Positions 41,788 to 52,338 of a DNA stretch of 64,000 bases are shown here, piece by piece (within the stretch, counting starts at the first letter, position 1; each line of letters starts with the position of its first letter). The notes below the pieces were generated by a model that searched no databases, had not been told where the DNA came from, and worked only from the letters and a program-made list of their open reading frames with translations. Made by a program: the position numbers and the translations under genes. This stretch comes from Terriglobia bacterium. Its GTDB lineage: Bacteria; Acidobacteriota; Terriglobia; 20CM-2-55-15. The stretch covers positions 1,152,001 to 1,216,000 of the forward strand of contig CAXWPJ010000009.1 in NCBI GenBank assembly GCA_963664115.2. The letters run 5' to 3'.

Positions 41788-41804
41788 TGGCAATTCGATT
41801 GCCA
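41788..41804. promoter_or_regulatory. Near-palindromic sigma54 -24/-12 site readable on both strands
   Basis: + strand TGGCAATTCGATTGC and - strand TGGCAATCGAATTGC, both GG-N10-GC, between divergent genes. Confidence 0.62.
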
Positions 41805-41817
41805 CAACTCAAGTCGC

Positions 41818-43131
41818 ATGATCGCTGTAGCTACAGATCGCGTCGAAGAATCCACCAATCGACTGGCACGATGTCGTGTCTGCGACAGTCGCGATCTCGA
41901 ACCCGCAATTGATCTGGGCGATCAGCCCTGGTGCAATCACTTCATCCGTCCGAGTGAAGCAGGCAGCGAGCCGTTCTATCCGTTGCGCGTCGTGTTCTGT
42001 GCCCGATGTACGACGGCGCAGCTGGACTTTACCGTCAGGAAAGAAGTGTTGTTCGGCAATCACACCTACCTTTCCGGGATCACGAAGACACTGAACAACC
42101 ATTTCGCAGGGGTTGCTCGAACCGTCGACGACACCTTCATGCAAGGGCGAACGGACAAATCAGTGCTGGATATCGGGTCCAACGACGGAACTCAGTTGCA
42201 GTACTACAAAGAGCTTGGATTTTCCGTGCTGGGCGTCGAGTCCTCAGAGCCGACAGCGAAACTCGCCAACGAATCCGGAGTCGAGACCCTTCAGGCATTC
42301 TTTAACGAGGGCATTGCGCGATCTCTGAATAGAAAGTTCGACGTTATCAACGCGTCCGGTGTCTTTTTCCATCTTGAAGAGCTTCACTCGGTCACCGATG
42401 GCATTCGGCAGTGCCTCAGAAGCGACGGTGTGTTTGTGGTGCAGTTTCTGTATATGAAGCAGATCTTCAAGAATCTTGCCTTCGACCAGATCTATCACGA
42501 GCATCTCCTGTACTACAACCTGGAGACGATTCAAACGCTGCTCAGACGCCACGGTCTGGAAATGTTTGACTGCCACCTTTCTCCGATCCATGGCGGATCG
42601 ATCATCGGCTACGTCACGCACGCAGGCAGTCGATCGAGTTCCCTGCGGTTTGAAACCATGCTCTTCGAGGAAAAGGCCGCGCGGTGTAACGAGCTCGTGA
42701 CCTATAAGCAATTTCAGCGCGATATCCAACGAAAGAAGCAGAAGGACCTGGAGTTCCTGGAGGCAGAGCGAACTGCAGGTAGTCGCGTCTTCGGAATGGG
42801 CGCCCCGGTCAAGGGCAACACGCTCCTGAATTATTTTGGCATCGGCACCGATCTCATCGAATGCCTCGCTGAAAAGAACTCGCTTCGCAAAGGCCTGGTG
42901 TCACCAGGTATGCACATTCCAATCGTGCTGGAAGACGAGCTCTCGGAGCCTCCCGACACTTACTACGTTCTGGCATGGAACTTCAAAGACGAAATCCTCA
43001 GCAACAACCAAGAATTAATTGACGCAGGCGTCACTTTCTATTTTCCAGTGGAGACGGATACAAATGAAAGTCCTCGTTACCGGGGCAACCGGCTTTCTCG
43101 GACGCGCTCTAGTCCCCGAATTGCAACATAG
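41818..43131 (+). CDS. NDP-hexose C-methyltransferase (Zn-binding, class I SAM)
   Basis: CRVC...CARC Zn site, DIGSNDG, FDQIYHEHL, HGGS, GAPVKGNTLLNY, LAWNF. Confidence 0.9.
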   Translation: MIAVATDRVEESTNRLARCRVCDSRDLEPAIDLGDQPWCNHFIRPSEAGSEPFYPLRVVFCARCTTAQLDFTVRKEVLFGNHTYLSGITKTLNNHFAGVARTVDDTFMQGRTDKSVLDIGSNDGTQLQYYKELGFSVLGVESSEPTAKLANESGVETLQAFFNEGIARSLNRKFDVINASGVFFHLEELHSVTDGIRQCLRSDGVFVVQFLYMKQIFKNLAFDQIYHEHLLYYNLETIQTLLRRHGLEMFDCHLSPIHGGSIIGYVTHAGSRSSSLRFETMLFEEKAARCNELVTYKQFQRDIQRKKQKDLEFLEAERTAGSRVFGMGAPVKGNTLLNYFGIGTDLIECLAEKNSLRKGLVSPGMHIPIVLEDELSEPPDTYYVLAWNFKDEILSNNQELIDAGVTFYFPVETDTNESPRYRGNRLSRTRSSPRIAT

Positions 43132-43996
43132 CGGGCACGAAGTGACAGCGGTGGGTTCGGCGGATTGCGACCTGTTACAGGAAGGGAGTCTCTACAAGTT
43201 TCAGGAGTCGTTCGATCAAATCTGGCATCTGGCGTCCTGGACCCAAGCTGGAGATTTCTGCCTCCACCATCCGGGCGAGCAGTGGATTATCAATCAGCGC
43301 ATCAACACAAACGTCCTCGATTGGTGGCAGTCCCAACAGAAGCGGGCGAAACTCATCGCCATCGGAACCAGTTGCTCCTATACCTCCGGTGACGATTTGA
43401 GGGAAGAGCACTATCTGGAGGGTGAGCCTGTTCCGGAACTCTATGCGTACGGTATGACCAAGAGGATGCTGTTGGTCGGACTGCGGGCGCTGAATCAACA
43501 GTACGGGCTCGACTACCTGTATCTCGTCCCTTCGACTCTTTACGGGCCGGACTATCACACCGATGGCAGGCAACGGCACTTCATATTCGATCTCATCGAC
43601 AAGATTCTTACCGGCGCATTGTTCGACAAACCCGTCGAGCTGTGGGGTGACGGCCATCAGACACGCGAACTGATTTTTGTTCCGGATTTTGTCAATGCGG
43701 CCACACAGCTGGCCGATCAGACCTGCAACGAAATCGTGAACATCGGTGGCGGGCGGCAATACTCGATCCGGTGGTATGCCGAACGGATCAGCGAATCTGC
43801 AGGCTACGATCACGCCAGGATCAGCTACGACACATCCCGCTACACCGGAGTTCGATCGAAACAACTATCCATTCAGAAGCTGAAAGCATTGTTGCCTGAA
43901 TTTGAATTGACGCCCATCGATGAGGCTCTGGAACTCACCGTTAAATGGTTCCGGGACCGGGCACAACAACCTGCATCCAGTGGACAACTTCAGTGA
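43064..43996 (+). CDS. NAD-dependent epimerase/reductase (GDP-L-fucose synthase-like)
   Basis: VTGATGFLG, GTSCSY, YGMTK, LYGP, WGDG...RELI. Confidence 0.85.
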   Translation: MKVLVTGATGFLGRALVPELQHSGHEVTAVGSADCDLLQEGSLYKFQESFDQIWHLASWTQAGDFCLHHPGEQWIINQRINTNVLDWWQSQQKRAKLIAIGTSCSYTSGDDLREEHYLEGEPVPELYAYGMTKRMLLVGLRALNQQYGLDYLYLVPSTLYGPDYHTDGRQRHFIFDLIDKILTGALFDKPVELWGDGHQTRELIFVPDFVNAATQLADQTCNEIVNIGGGRQYSIRWYAERISESAGYDHARISYDTSRYTGVRSKQLSIQKLKALLPEFELTPIDEALELTVKWFRDRAQQPASSGQLQ

Positions 43997-44053
43997 ATGT
44001 ACTGATCACCGGAGGCGCCGGATACCTCGGCTCGGTCCTAACGCCCCATCTGC
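43993..44053 (+). pseudogene. 5' stub of an NAD-dependent epimerase/dehydratase truncated by IS3
   Basis: GTGA-coupled start encoding MNVLITGGAGYLGSVLTPHL (GxxGxxG), then the IS end. Confidence 0.8.
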
Positions 44054-45543
44054 TGTACGTCGTCAGAATAATTCGGACAAAAAGACCATTTAGCTAAGAG
44101 ACGGTTTTGAAGTTATACCACTCCAATCCTAAGGTTCTCGATTTTGCGTCGAGCCAGCGTTTTTCTTTTGATCTGGTCACGACGTGCAAGGATCTGCTGA
44201 TCCCTCCCGAAGAACACGTCAGCCGGTGTCACGTTGTTCAGAGATTCGTGATACCGATGGTGGTTGTAGTGTTCGACCCATTGCGCGATCGCCTGCTCAA
44301 GTTCCCACGGATAATAGTAGTGTTCCAACTTGACCACGTTCTTCATCGAACGGTGATAGCGTTCGATCTTGCCCTGTGTCATCGGGTGATAGGGCGCACC
44401 CCGGGTGTGTTCCATACCACGACGTTGTAAATAGTCTTTGAGTTCGTGCGATACGTAGCAGGGGCCGTTGTCGCTCAACAATCGCGGTCGGTGCCGGACT
44501 TGTACTTGTCCGACATCTGTCGCCTGTAGTGCAACGTCCAGCGTGTCCTGAACGTCAGATGCGGCCATGGTTTGAAAGAGCTTCCAGGCGATGATGTAGC
44601 GAGAGTAATCGTCCAGCACGGTCGACAGGTAGTACCAACCCCAACCGACGACCCTGAAGTAAGTGAAATCAGTTTGCCAGAGTTCGTTCACACGCCGGGT
44701 TGGCTGCTGGAAGTGATCGCTGGCCGTCATCACGATGTATGCGGGACTGGTGATCAGGTCGCATCTCTTCAGAATCCGATACACGCTGGATTCGGAGATG
44801 AAGTAGTCCTGGGTGTCGGTGATCTGCCAGGCCAGTTCCCGCGGTGAGGCTTCCGGGTGGTTCAACGCGGTTTCGACCACCTGTTCCCGCACCGGTCCCG
44901 GAATCCGGTTCCAGCAGAAGCCGGGGCCGGAATGCCGATCTAACAAGCCGGCTGCGCCACGCTCTTTGTATCGTCGATACCAACCGTAGAACGTGCTGCG
45001 GGGGACGCCCAGCTCCCGGAGGGTCGCTGTCACCGACAACTCCGAGTCTTCCACCACTCGGATCGTCTCCAGCTTCTCAGATCCCGATTGCCTCATATAT
45101 CGATGCTCTCGGAGTCCGTTACGTTCAACGTTTTTTTCAGAAAACGATTCTTTAGCAGTATTTCGGCCACGACCTGCTTCAACTGATCGTTTTCCTGCCG
45201 CAACTCGGTGACTTCGCTCGATGTCGCTTCCCGCTTCGTGTCCCCAGCCAGCCGTTTCTTCCCCGCCTCCAGGAAGTCCTTGCTCCACCGGTAATACAGA
45301 TTTGACGGAATCCCTTCGCGTCGGCACAGTTCTGCGATGCTCTCTTCGCCTCGCAACCCTTCCAACACGATCCGCACTTTCTCCTCAGACGAGTACTTCT
45401 TGCGCGTCTTTCGACGAATCTCTCGTACCCGATTCTCTGCCGACACTTTCTCACTCATTCGATCCTCCTTCAGATCGTTCTGATTAGAAAAGTGTCTCTT
45501 AGTTTTTTAGGGTATTTCGTACGAAATGCTCTGACGGGCTACA
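44054..45543 (-). mobile_element. IS3-family element, copy 2 (1490 bp)
   Basis: Same ends and identical ORF translations to 19751-21240; no target duplication. Confidence 0.93.
44113..45458 (-). CDS. IS3 transposase OrfAB
   Basis: Identical translation to copy 1. Confidence 0.9.
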
Positions 45544-45758
45544 GGCTGGCCGATCAGATCCGCAACCATGGGGCTGGAGTCGTCTACAACGCACTGGATC
45601 CTCACGGAGCCGTCAGGGCCGTACGCGATGCGATATCGTCGCTTGAGACCCTGCAGAGACGCGCCGACGATCGCCGCTGGGCATACGCCCACTTTCATCG
45701 CCCATCTCGACTTGCGGAATTCGTCTGTGGACCAAGGACAACAGACTTTCCGGATTGA
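45544..45758 (+). pseudogene. 3' fragment of a glycosyltransferase
   Basis: LADQIRNHGAGVVY...; homologous to the end of the GT pseudogene at 47437-47651. Confidence 0.65.
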
Positions 45759-45843
45759 TGCGGATACTGCCCGTGGATACCGGCGATTCGATCTGAACGG
45801 CATCATCCCGGCTTGGATCTAGAGCGCGTTTTTGGAGATACAA

Positions 45844-46722
45844 ATGGCAGACATACTGAAGATGGATACACTCACTCGGAGCACCTCAGCCGCCATAGCG
45901 GAAATGGACACTCAGGGACTCTTCATCGTGGGACACGCGCGGTCCGGAACGTCGATTCTCATGGATGCTCTGAACTCAAGCACTGACATTTATATGTTTG
46001 GGGAAGCTAACCTTCATGTTTCAGCCAACCGCAACGATTTTGTCGAGTGGTACAACTCCATGCACCGGCAGTTCGGCAATCCCGAATACAAGGGGACATA
46101 CTGCCCGGAGGGCGGCAATGAATCCGCGAACGGAATCGATACGATTGTTTCACTCGCTCGCCGTTTTAAGTACGTCGGCGACAAGCTCGCTTTCAACAGC
46201 GAGACATTTGGCCTCGACTTCGAAGGGTTCTTGCCTTTCGCCGCGAAGTACTTTTTGCGGTCGACCTATCTGTGCGCTCTTCGCAACCCACTGCAGACCA
46301 TCTCGTCGTGTCTCGACCTGTTTCAGAGCGGCGAGCGAACTCAAGACACAGTTGACCTGTATGCTGATTCCTATTTGCGGTCTATTTATCTCCAACTCAG
46401 AGTCTCGATGCTCTTCAATCGGACCTATTTCCTGGTGCATGACCGCATAACCGAAAGTACGTTCGAAACGCTCTCGAAGTATCTCGATGTGGATCTTGCC
46501 GAAGCCTGGCTGTTCTACGATGAAAAACACCTGCACAAAGCCGTGCGATTGGTCGAAGATCTGCAAAGCTTCCCAAGCGTTCAACGAGTTTCGGCCGTTT
46601 ACGCCCGCCTTGTAGAACATCTGTCGGCCGAATCGCTTCGCCCGACTTCGCTCTGGAACCTCAGAACTCTGATGTACGAGTTGCGCAATGAACTCGTGAT
46701 CGAAACGAAGGCCGTGTCTTGA
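45844..46722 (+). CDS. Sulfotransferase family protein
   Basis: 5'-PSB loop FIVGHARSGTS, YVGDK, 3'-PB LRNPLQTISS; GGAG RBS. Confidence 0.82.
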   Translation: MADILKMDTLTRSTSAAIAEMDTQGLFIVGHARSGTSILMDALNSSTDIYMFGEANLHVSANRNDFVEWYNSMHRQFGNPEYKGTYCPEGGNESANGIDTIVSLARRFKYVGDKLAFNSETFGLDFEGFLPFAAKYFLRSTYLCALRNPLQTISSCLDLFQSGERTQDTVDLYADSYLRSIYLQLRVSMLFNRTYFLVHDRITESTFETLSKYLDVDLAEAWLFYDEKHLHKAVRLVEDLQSFPSVQRVSAVYARLVEHLSAESLRPTSLWNLRTLMYELRNELVIETKAVS

Positions 46723-46924
46723 CAACTGGCAGGAATTGAGGAGGGTAGAGGGGGAACGGAACTCAATCTCCTGCCGCCAGAGCCTGTGGCTAAAGTCGAA
46801 TTCTTTCGAAATATCTCTGTTGCATAACTCAACGCAGGAACTTAAGTGAGAAAAATTGGTTAGTGGCTAAATGAAAGAGGGGGAGTGACTCGACCGACTC
46901 GGTGCGGCCTTCGAACCCTTTGAA

Positions 46925-47651
46925 TTGTGCGTGAATGAAGGATTCGCGACCACCCCTTTAGATTCAGGCTTCATGAAAAGAACGGCCCATCGCCAATCCG
47001 ATGACAGCAAGTATAGGCAACGGACAAGAGCCCCCATCCCGGTAGACCCGGTACTATTCGGGTCGAGACCCGACCTTTCAGATGAGGGCGTCACGCTGCT
47101 CCACCTGGGAGATGCGCGAACGGAAAATGGATATCCGACGATGGCTGCTATTGGACATGCTCTCTAAGGATGAACTGGCTTCGGAGCGGGTGCGGATGGT
47201 GGTCCAGAGTAACTCCAACGTTCCTGGCGGTGAAGCCGGAATTGGGACGGCACGGGATCTCCTTTCAACTCTTCCCAACGTGACTCTCCTGAGGAAGCCC
47301 ATTGTACAACCACTACCTCTTTACCGCTGACCTGATGGTGCTTCCCTACCAGGTGGACCGGTATATATCGAGGACCTCAGGGATACTTGCCGAAGCAATC
47401 TGCGCGGTCTTCCGGCCATTGCCCCTCAGGGGACCTGGCTGGCCGATCAGATCCGCAGGCATGGTTCGGGTGTCGTCTACAAAGCACTGGATCCTGATGG
47501 AGCCATTGGGGCGGTACGCGATGCTATATCCTCGATCGAGACTTTGCAAGTACGCGCCGACGACCGCCGTTGTGCATACGTCCACTTTTATCACCCATCG
47601 CGACTTGCAGAATTCGTTTGTGGAGTCAGGACTCCAGACTTTCCGGATTGA
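46925..47651 (+). pseudogene. Frameshifted GT-B (GT4-like) glycosyltransferase
   Basis: LGDARTENG, ADLMVLPY...SRTSGILAEA and WLADQIR lie in different frames. Confidence 0.65.
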
Positions 47652-47765
47652 CGCCGATACGAGGGATGAAATCCGGCAATTCGATCTGGATGGCAACATT
47701 CCGGCTTGGATCCGGCACCCAGTTTGCGGAGATGCAAATGGCGGACCTACTGAAGACGGAGACGC

Positions 47766-48818
47766 TCAGGCTCGACTAGAAAACACCGTAGCGATCTGGT
47801 CAGCACAACGAGACTCTTCTTCTGCGGTAAGAGCCGGATAGATCGGCACGGAGACCGTAGAATTGAAAAGTTCGACCGATGTTGGAAAGTCGCTGTCTCC
47901 CTGATCGATCAGGCGGTGGAGCAGCACATCGACGCCTCTGCGTACGTGAATGCCACGGTCCAGAAAGCTACCTTGGCAAGCTCCCAGACCGCCGCGGATC
48001 CGAATCGGAAATCGAAAGAACATACTGTTTTCGAACGCATTGCGGTTGAGGCAGTCCGGTCTCGCTGTTTCCAGCGTTTCCACATATCTGTGAGCAATTT
48101 CCCCGCGGCGGACCAGCGCTTCGGGATAACGCCGCAACTGGGAAAGTGCGAGGCTAGCGGCGATGTCCGACAGAGGGGAAAACATACGCCCGCATTCCAG
48201 AACGCCATCAGATCCATCGCGGAGCTTGCGCATCTTCGCTACGACAAGAGGGTCCGATGACACGGCCATGCCTCCTTCACCCGATGTCAGACACTTTGTT
48301 GGATGGAAAGAGAACACGGCGACGTCCGCCGCAATCGAACGGCGCTCACAGTTGTCTACGGCTTGAGCAGAGTCCTCTATCACTGGCACATCGAAGGTGC
48401 GAAAGGAATCGACATCCGCGAACACACCGTACATGTGCGGAACTATGATCGCCTTCGTCTTAGGAGTGATTCGCCGGGCGACACATTCTGCCGTAACCAC
48501 CCAGTCCTCGCCGACGTCGCAAAGGACCGGAATGCCATCGACCGCCACCACAGCTTCTAAAACCGACCGACATACATAGGTCGGCAAAACGACCTCGTCT
48601 TCCCTGCGCAAACCCACACCGCGAAGCGCCAGAACCAGGGCCGCCGAGCCGCTGCCCACGGCCACACCGTCGGAAGCATGCACCCAGGCGCTGAGCATGC
48701 GCTCAAGATCTCGTACGAGTTCGCCCTGAGCGAGCATGTTGTTTCCGAGGAGAGTATCTATCGCCTTTTTGTCGGCGTCCGTAATCCATGGTTTTGAATG
48801 CGTGATCGGCGTCATCAT
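47766..48818 (-). CDS. DegT/DnrJ/EryC1/StrS PLP-dependent sugar aminotransferase
   Basis: GSGSAAL, IEDSAQA, FSFHPTKCLTSGEGG; ATGA-coupled to the radical SAM gene. Confidence 0.9.
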   Translation of the reverse strand: MMTPITHSKPWITDADKKAIDTLLGNNMLAQGELVRDLERMLSAWVHASDGVAVGSGSAALVLALRGVGLRREDEVVLPTYVCRSVLEAVVAVDGIPVLCDVGEDWVVTAECVARRITPKTKAIIVPHMYGVFADVDSFRTFDVPVIEDSAQAVDNCERRSIAADVAVFSFHPTKCLTSGEGGMAVSSDPLVVAKMRKLRDGSDGVLECGRMFSPLSDIAASLALSQLRRYPEALVRRGEIAHRYVETLETARPDCLNRNAFENSMFFRFPIRIRGGLGACQGSFLDRGIHVRRGVDVLLHRLIDQGDSDFPTSVELFNSTVSVPIYPALTAEEESRCADQIATVFSSRA

Positions 48819-49798
48819 TCCTGCTGGAGGTCTGCCACCATGTCCGCATAGCCGCGGCCTTCCGACGGCCAGCGAGTCTGCTTCCAGTCGGGACATTGGC
48901 CACAGAATCCGTGGGCTGCGTAATCGTTCGTCAGATGTGCCTGTCTGAGTTTCCGGTAGAAATCACTTTGCCAAATCTGGGAAATACTCGTTTCCCGGTA
49001 ATCGGTGACGGTCGAGCCGTGAGACCAGTCGTCGGGACAGAACGCCAAATGCCCACGCGGATTCAGGACAATGCGCTCCCACGGATAGACGCAGGGTCTA
49101 CGTGGTTCGTGGGCCTGCTCAGCATGCATGCGCTTGGCCACATCGAGCACCGCGCCTGCGGCGGAATGCAGCCTGCGGATGACGACGTAATCAGCCCCCT
49201 GGTCCTTCCAGTAGGTTTCGAACTCGGCGGCTTCGTGCTTATTCAGTGGTTGCTCGATGAAGCTCAGCACCACTTTTGTTGCCGACTTGGATTGTTTGAT
49301 CCAGCTAATCAATCTCAGTACGTTCCTCTGAGTAATCTTCAGGTCCCCGTTGACACGTACTTTCGCATAGGTTTCCGGAGTGAATGCATCGATGCTGATA
49401 TCGATCATATGGATGCCCGAGTCCAGCAGCTTTTGCGTCCGCTTCTCGTTCATGATCGTTCCGTTGGTCGTCAGCGTCACAAAAACACCCGATTTGCGGA
49501 CGGCGTAATCGATCATGTCGTACCCCTTCGGATGGACGAGGGGCTCGCCCTCGCTCGTATAGCGGATGTACTGAGTGTGCCCCACACCGTGCGACGCGAC
49601 CTCGTCTACAAGCTTGGCACTCAGCTCTGACTCGAGGTAGCGCGCGTCGTAGTGTTCGGATTTCTTGAATTCCGGGTGCGGGCAGTGGATGCACGCTAGA
49701 TTGCAGACTTCGGTAACGTCGACGATGACCTGCGATGGGAATTCCGCTTTCAGTCGGCCATGAAAATCATATTCCGCCGTTGTGATGTCGTTAGCCAT
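48815..49798 (-). CDS. Radical SAM protein with a SPASM/twitch domain
   Basis: CNLACIHC (CxxxCxxC), EGEPL, TTNG, ISID; C-terminal PCVYPW...FC...CGQC. Confidence 0.92.
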   Translation of the reverse strand: MANDITTAEYDFHGRLKAEFPSQVIVDVTEVCNLACIHCPHPEFKKSEHYDARYLESELSAKLVDEVASHGVGHTQYIRYTSEGEPLVHPKGYDMIDYAVRKSGVFVTLTTNGTIMNEKRTQKLLDSGIHMIDISIDAFTPETYAKVRVNGDLKITQRNVLRLISWIKQSKSATKVVLSFIEQPLNKHEAAEFETYWKDQGADYVVIRRLHSAAGAVLDVAKRMHAEQAHEPRRPCVYPWERIVLNPRGHLAFCPDDWSHGSTVTDYRETSISQIWQSDFYRKLRQAHLTNDYAAHGFCGQCPDWKQTRWPSEGRGYADMVADLQQE

Positions 49799-49954
49799 GT
49801 GTTTCTGTCAGGACAATAATAGCAGAAGCTCCAAAATCTGCCTGATCGCCAATCCGCTGACATTGAGAGGGAAAGGAGGCCAAGCCCTTGACCCTGTGGA
49901 AGGCCTCGCCGGATTTAAGACCAATAAATACAATTGGTTACGTGGATGTCATCC

Positions 49955-49969
49955 TGGTAGACGACTTGC
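49955..49969 (+). promoter_or_regulatory. Putative sigma54 promoter
   Basis: TGGTAGACGACTTGC, GG-N10-GC, about 15 nt before ATG 49985. Confidence 0.5.
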
Positions 49970-49984
49970 GTTAATCGAATTCAA

Positions 49985-51250
49985 ATGCAAAAGCCCGCCG
50001 ACATTCCAGCGCCCGTGCCCTACCCCGGCGACCAGGGAATCCTTGGGCGCTCAGGTCGCGAGCCGTTTGAACTTTTGGCGCCGTCCGCCCGACCACTTGA
50101 GAACTATCTGCCCTTTGGCAGGCCCAACTTTTCCTCCGAAGAAATCGAGGCTGTGACTCGCGTGATGCAGTCCGGTTGGATCGGGATGGGTGCTGAGACT
50201 CTTGCGTTTGAAGAGGAACTGGCTGCCTCGATCGGTGTGCCGCACGTCGTAACTGTCAATTCCTGCACGTCAGCGCTGTTTCTCTCACTCCTGCTTCAAG
50301 GGATCGGTGAAGGCGATGAGGTGATCTGCCCCAGTCTCACTTGGTGCGCCACGGCCAACGTAGCGCTCTACCTGGGTGCGACACCGGTGTTCTGCGACGT
50401 GGATCCGCAAACTCTCTCGGTCACCCCAGAGACGATCCTCGAGAAAGTATCGAAACGTACTCGTGCGGTGATGGTCGTCCACTACGGCGGGTTTCCAGTG
50501 GACGTTGATGAAATTCGTGCGGTTCTGCCTCACGGCGTTGAAATAATCGAAGATGCCGCACATGCATTCGGCGCGCGCTTTCCCGATGGACGATCGGTAG
50601 GGGCCTCGGGCAATCTGACGTGCTTCAGCTTTTACGCCAACAAGAACCTTTCGACCGGTGAAGGCGGGGGCATTGCCCTCACCGATGACGATCAGGCCGC
50701 CCGTTTGCGGTCTCTCCGGCAGAACGGTATGCCCGTCAACGCCTGGAACCGATTCGTCAAGTCGACATCAATGGTCTATTCGAACCTCAGCGAGCTGGGC
50801 TATAAGATGAACTTTACTGATTTGCAGGCGGCGATTGGTCGAGTGCAACTCAGACGACAGCCGGAGTTCCACTCTTTACGCTCCGAAGTCGCACAGATCT
50901 ATCGTGAAACGTTGTGCGGTCTTGAGCCATCGCTTCTGTTTCAAAGTGAAGTCCTTCATTCCCGGCACGCGCGTCATTTGTTCGCTGTCACGCTTCCCAT
51001 CGACGACATGCGGATGAGCAGAGATGAATTTCTCCTCGAACTCAGAGAAATGAACGTGGGTGCCAGCGTTCACTATGCGCCCCTGCACACCATGCCGCTC
51101 TACGGCTGTTCGGGTCGATCTGTCCTTGTCCAGACGGAACGATTGAGTCGCGCGCTCGTCACGCTACCCATCAGTTCCAGCATGAGCCTGGGTGAGGCGC
51201 GTCAGGTGACCGAAATATTTGAGGGCGTGTTCCATAGCTCGCTCGACTGA
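49985..51250 (+). CDS. DegT/DnrJ/EryC1/StrS aminotransferase
   Basis: NSCTSAL, IEDAAHAFG, FSFYANKNLSTGEGG, GYKMNFTDLQAAIG; true start may lie downstream. Confidence 0.93.
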   Translation: MQKPADIPAPVPYPGDQGILGRSGREPFELLAPSARPLENYLPFGRPNFSSEEIEAVTRVMQSGWIGMGAETLAFEEELAASIGVPHVVTVNSCTSALFLSLLLQGIGEGDEVICPSLTWCATANVALYLGATPVFCDVDPQTLSVTPETILEKVSKRTRAVMVVHYGGFPVDVDEIRAVLPHGVEIIEDAAHAFGARFPDGRSVGASGNLTCFSFYANKNLSTGEGGGIALTDDDQAARLRSLRQNGMPVNAWNRFVKSTSMVYSNLSELGYKMNFTDLQAAIGRVQLRRQPEFHSLRSEVAQIYRETLCGLEPSLLFQSEVLHSRHARHLFAVTLPIDDMRMSRDEFLLELREMNVGASVHYAPLHTMPLYGCSGRSVLVQTERLSRALVTLPISSSMSLGEARQVTEIFEGVFHSSLD

Positions 51251-51588
51251 TGAGTGTGGTACGGGAGCTCGCCGATTCGAGCGACCCGGAGGGAAACGAA
51301 GAACACAGCTTATGGTTTTTATGATCGACGGACAGCGGGTTTCCATTCGCAGTTGTTGGTCGACGACACGGAGATCTGCAATCTTAGCTGCTTGCATTGC
51401 ACCCACCTCTAGTTTGACGTGCCGGAACGCATCCAGGGGAGTTCTACCAGAAATTGCGACAGGGTTGCCCGAACGACGAATTTGCGCGTTATGAATTCTG
51501 TGAGCAAGGTCCTGATTGGGAATCCACTCGATGGCAAAACGAGGGGCGCAGTTGCGCCAACATGATTGAGGAATTCTAAGGAGACGGA

Positions 51589-52338
51589 ATGACAGTGTTG
51601 ACGGCGAATTCGATCGCAACTTCGACCACAACGCCCGTGATGAGCCAGATCGAGACCTTGGTCGAGGATGTTCCCGGTTGGTCACCTCTGGATCAACTGT
51701 ATACCTTGTTTCAGCTGGCGTACGAAACCGCCGATCTGCCCGGCGACATCGTAGAGCTTGGATCCTGGTGCGGGCGATCGGCGCTGGTGCTTGGACTGGC
51801 CGCTCGCCTGTCCGGTCGCGGTCAGGTCCACTGTGTCGATCTGTTTCCCGAGAAAGCCGACTGGACAGAAGACAGCGACGGATCCTATTCGTTCAGCGTG
51901 ACGATCGACGGGCAGCCCTATGGTGGCAACCAGAGCCAGCCAGTCTGGCGGGAACCCTTTGAGAACGACATTATGCCGCTGTACGAGCGGCGGGAGAGTC
52001 TGCTCGATCTCTTCAGTGAGAATGTCGCCCGGAACCAGCTTCAGGACATAGTCAGTGCGTTCAGGGGCAGTTCCGGTGTCTTTGCGCGCTCGGCTTCCAG
52101 CGATTTCCGCTGTCGGCTGGTGTTCATTGACGGCGATCATAGCTACGAGGCCGTGTGTCAGGACATCGAAAACCTGAGTAGGTTCCTCGTGCCCGGTGGA
52201 TGGATCTGCTTCGATGATGCATTCTCTTCATGGGAAGGTGTGAACCGCGCCATTACCGACTGCATCCTCGACAATCCGCTTTTTGAGCTGGGCCAGCAGA
52301 TGACGCGCAAGTTCTTTGTAGCCCGAAAGAAGTCGTGA
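51589..52338 (+). CDS. Class I SAM-dependent methyltransferase (Methyltransf_24-like)
   Basis: VELGSWCGRS, VDLF, FIDGDHSYEAV, GGWICFDD. Confidence 0.88.
   Translation: MTVLTANSIATSTTTPVMSQIETLVEDVPGWSPLDQLYTLFQLAYETADLPGDIVELGSWCGRSALVLGLAARLSGRGQVHCVDLFPEKADWTEDSDGSYSFSVTIDGQPYGGNQSQPVWREPFENDIMPLYERRESLLDLFSENVARNQLQDIVSAFRGSSGVFARSASSDFRCRLVFIDGDHSYEAVCQDIENLSRFLVPGGWICFDDAFSSWEGVNRAITDCILDNPLFELGQQMTRKFFVARKKS

Noticed and set aside
19751-45543. Composite transposon bounded by the two IS3 copies
   Set aside because: Encloses core genes (acnA, hisS, aspS, mutL, HU) and the outer flanks show no direct repeat
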